A stretch of DNA of 63,500 nucleotides, the filler included, from Sphaeroforma arctica JP610 (taxonomy: Eukaryota), in assembly GCF_001186125.1 (NCBI RefSeq). It is 7 parts of 2 records of this genome, joined end to end, with 100 filler letters (N's around TTAATTAATTAA, not from the genome) between each part and the next. Parts side by side here need not be neighbours in the genome. Positions count along the whole stretch, not along the records: positions 62,113 to 63,500 come from NW_014040551.1; 6 more parts are not named here. The stretch is one strand, 5' to 3'. Both the position numbers and the translations under genes were made by a program. Under the pieces are notes generated by a model, which had not been told where the DNA came from, did not search any database, and saw only the letters and a list, made by a program, of their open reading frames with translations. Of the stretch, positions 62,013 through 63,500 are shown one piece after another; the stretch's first letter is position 1, and each line of letters begins with the position of its first letter.

Positions 62013-62112
62013 NNNNNNNNNNNNNNNNNNNNNNNNNNNNNNNNNNNNNNNNNNNNTTAATTAATTAANNNNNNNNNNNNNNNNNNNNNNNNNNNNNNNN
62101 NNNNNNNNNNNN

Positions 62113-62953
62113 GGTACCGCGGAATAGTATCTCATCGCGACCCACGTGAGGTAAAGATGTAAGCCTTCAAATTCTTTACGTGGGCACGATACTCTTTCTT
62201 AATTGTGACATCATGGATGTGGTGCATCACAAGCGCTACATGAGCAAAGACCGTTGTGGGTTGACGTTGTGGGTTCGAGCCAATCTTTAGCAGCTTTATA
62301 CGGGGGATCAGCCATCAGGGTATACAGGATTTGGCGGCCGATCCCGATCATAGGACAGTCCACGCGTTCGATGTCGACCGCCTTCTTCTGGGCCACCTTG
62401 GATTTCTGAATGTGTGCCAGTGCCAGCAAGTCTCTCACCAGCGGCGGAGCCCGATGCAAGAATCCCTGACTTCCAAGGTGGGAGTTCTACTGCTCTTTTA
62501 CTAGCGAGGGGGGACATGCCTTCCTCGTTCGTGATAACCGTTGGCCAGTTTGTCAGCATGTCAAAAAGGGAAGGTAACCACGGAGCTGTGTCCCAAAACG
62601 GGACGGGCAAGACCACCGAGGCGTTCCGAAAGGTGAAAATGCGGAGAATGTCAAACGGGGCAGAGTTCTCGTATCAGTGCTTGTCGTTAAGGTCGACAGA
62701 GAAAATCCATACTGCAATAGACAACCTATAAGTGATTCTCTTAGAATGCGAGGAGTTCAATGGTGTATTCCTGCCCAAAGATCTCATCTGAGCGGCGAAC
62801 CCAAAGACGGTTAAGCTGCCAAGACCGGTCCAGCTGGGATACTCCACATCTATCGGCCAAAGTCGACGTCGACAACAACTGGCACCAGAGACGCGAGAGC
62901 GTCAGGGTTTGGAGCCACGGCGTACTAAACGCCAGGGATCGAACCAGGGTCAA
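62113..62953 (-). mobile_element. Decayed DIRS-type retrotransposon fragment (RNase H C-terminus plus methyltransferase-like domain)
   Basis: Minus strand reads 'DRSWQLNRLWVRRSDEIFGQEYTIELLAF*ENHL*VVYCS' followed by 'APF...VVLPVPFWDTAPWLPSLFDML', resembling the W.L...FG..TIDLFAS..N...YCS / PF / P.W...PW.P.L signature of DIRS pol. Contains stops and frameshifts. Confidence 0.6.
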
Positions 62954-63500
62954 TCTCGCCGAGTACTTAAGGGATATCGGGAACTCAGACAGATACCAAA
63001 TTCCAAGCGAACAAGGGATCCTACGTGAGGTATTCTTGACTCATCAGCGGCAAACGAGTATTCCACCCACACCGCCACATGAGGGGCAAGCTCAGGGGGT
63101 GACGCTGGCTCGAAGGCAGGAGGCGAGACAGGCAGCAGATCGAGGAGCAACAACAACGACACGCCCACTGAAACACCCAAAACAGCGCCGTCGAGAGTCG
63201 AAACAGGACAAGGAGCGACAGTCAACATCACAACAATTGATGAGACAACAGCAGGAGTTGCTTGAGAGATACTAACAACGGTTGAAGCAGTTGCAGCCAC
63301 TGGAATCATCTGAGGATGAAACTTTATCATTTACAATTGTAGGCCAAGGGGCTGGACGCCCCGGAATATGGTATCAATCCTCAATTATACTCTCGGATAA
63401 TAAGATACCGGCCTCTTCAAAGGAGATGCCGCTGTTTACGGATTTCATCAACGAACAGCAACATGTGGCACGAGACTCTCATGGTCATGCAGCTCTGGCG

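Overview
This is eukaryotic genomic DNA: intron-rich genes with GT-AG introns, abundant (AT)n/(CA)n/(TATG)n microsatellites and scaffold gaps. Gene content and assembly style suggest a unicellular holozoan such as an ichthyosporean, but that is inference only. By joining exons in phase I can reconstruct eight host genes: a HTH + SAM-methyltransferase (5' exon only), a small secreted or ER-luminal Cys-rich protein resembling the C-terminal domain of HRC, a J-domain protein, a ~21 kb KDM5/JARID1 histone demethylase, the 3' end of MAD2, a single-C2H2 zinc-finger protein, an MLK-like TKL kinase and an MDR-family NADPH:quinone oxidoreductase. There are also decayed Ty3/Gypsy retroelements (apparently nested) and a DIRS-like relic. 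The most unusual pattern is that many intronic tandem repeats are amplified, decaying copies of the adjacent exon/intron junction itself. The clearest case is about 21 copies of 'exon end + GTGAGT' in the kinase gene. Several catalytic exons are hidden in assembly gaps.
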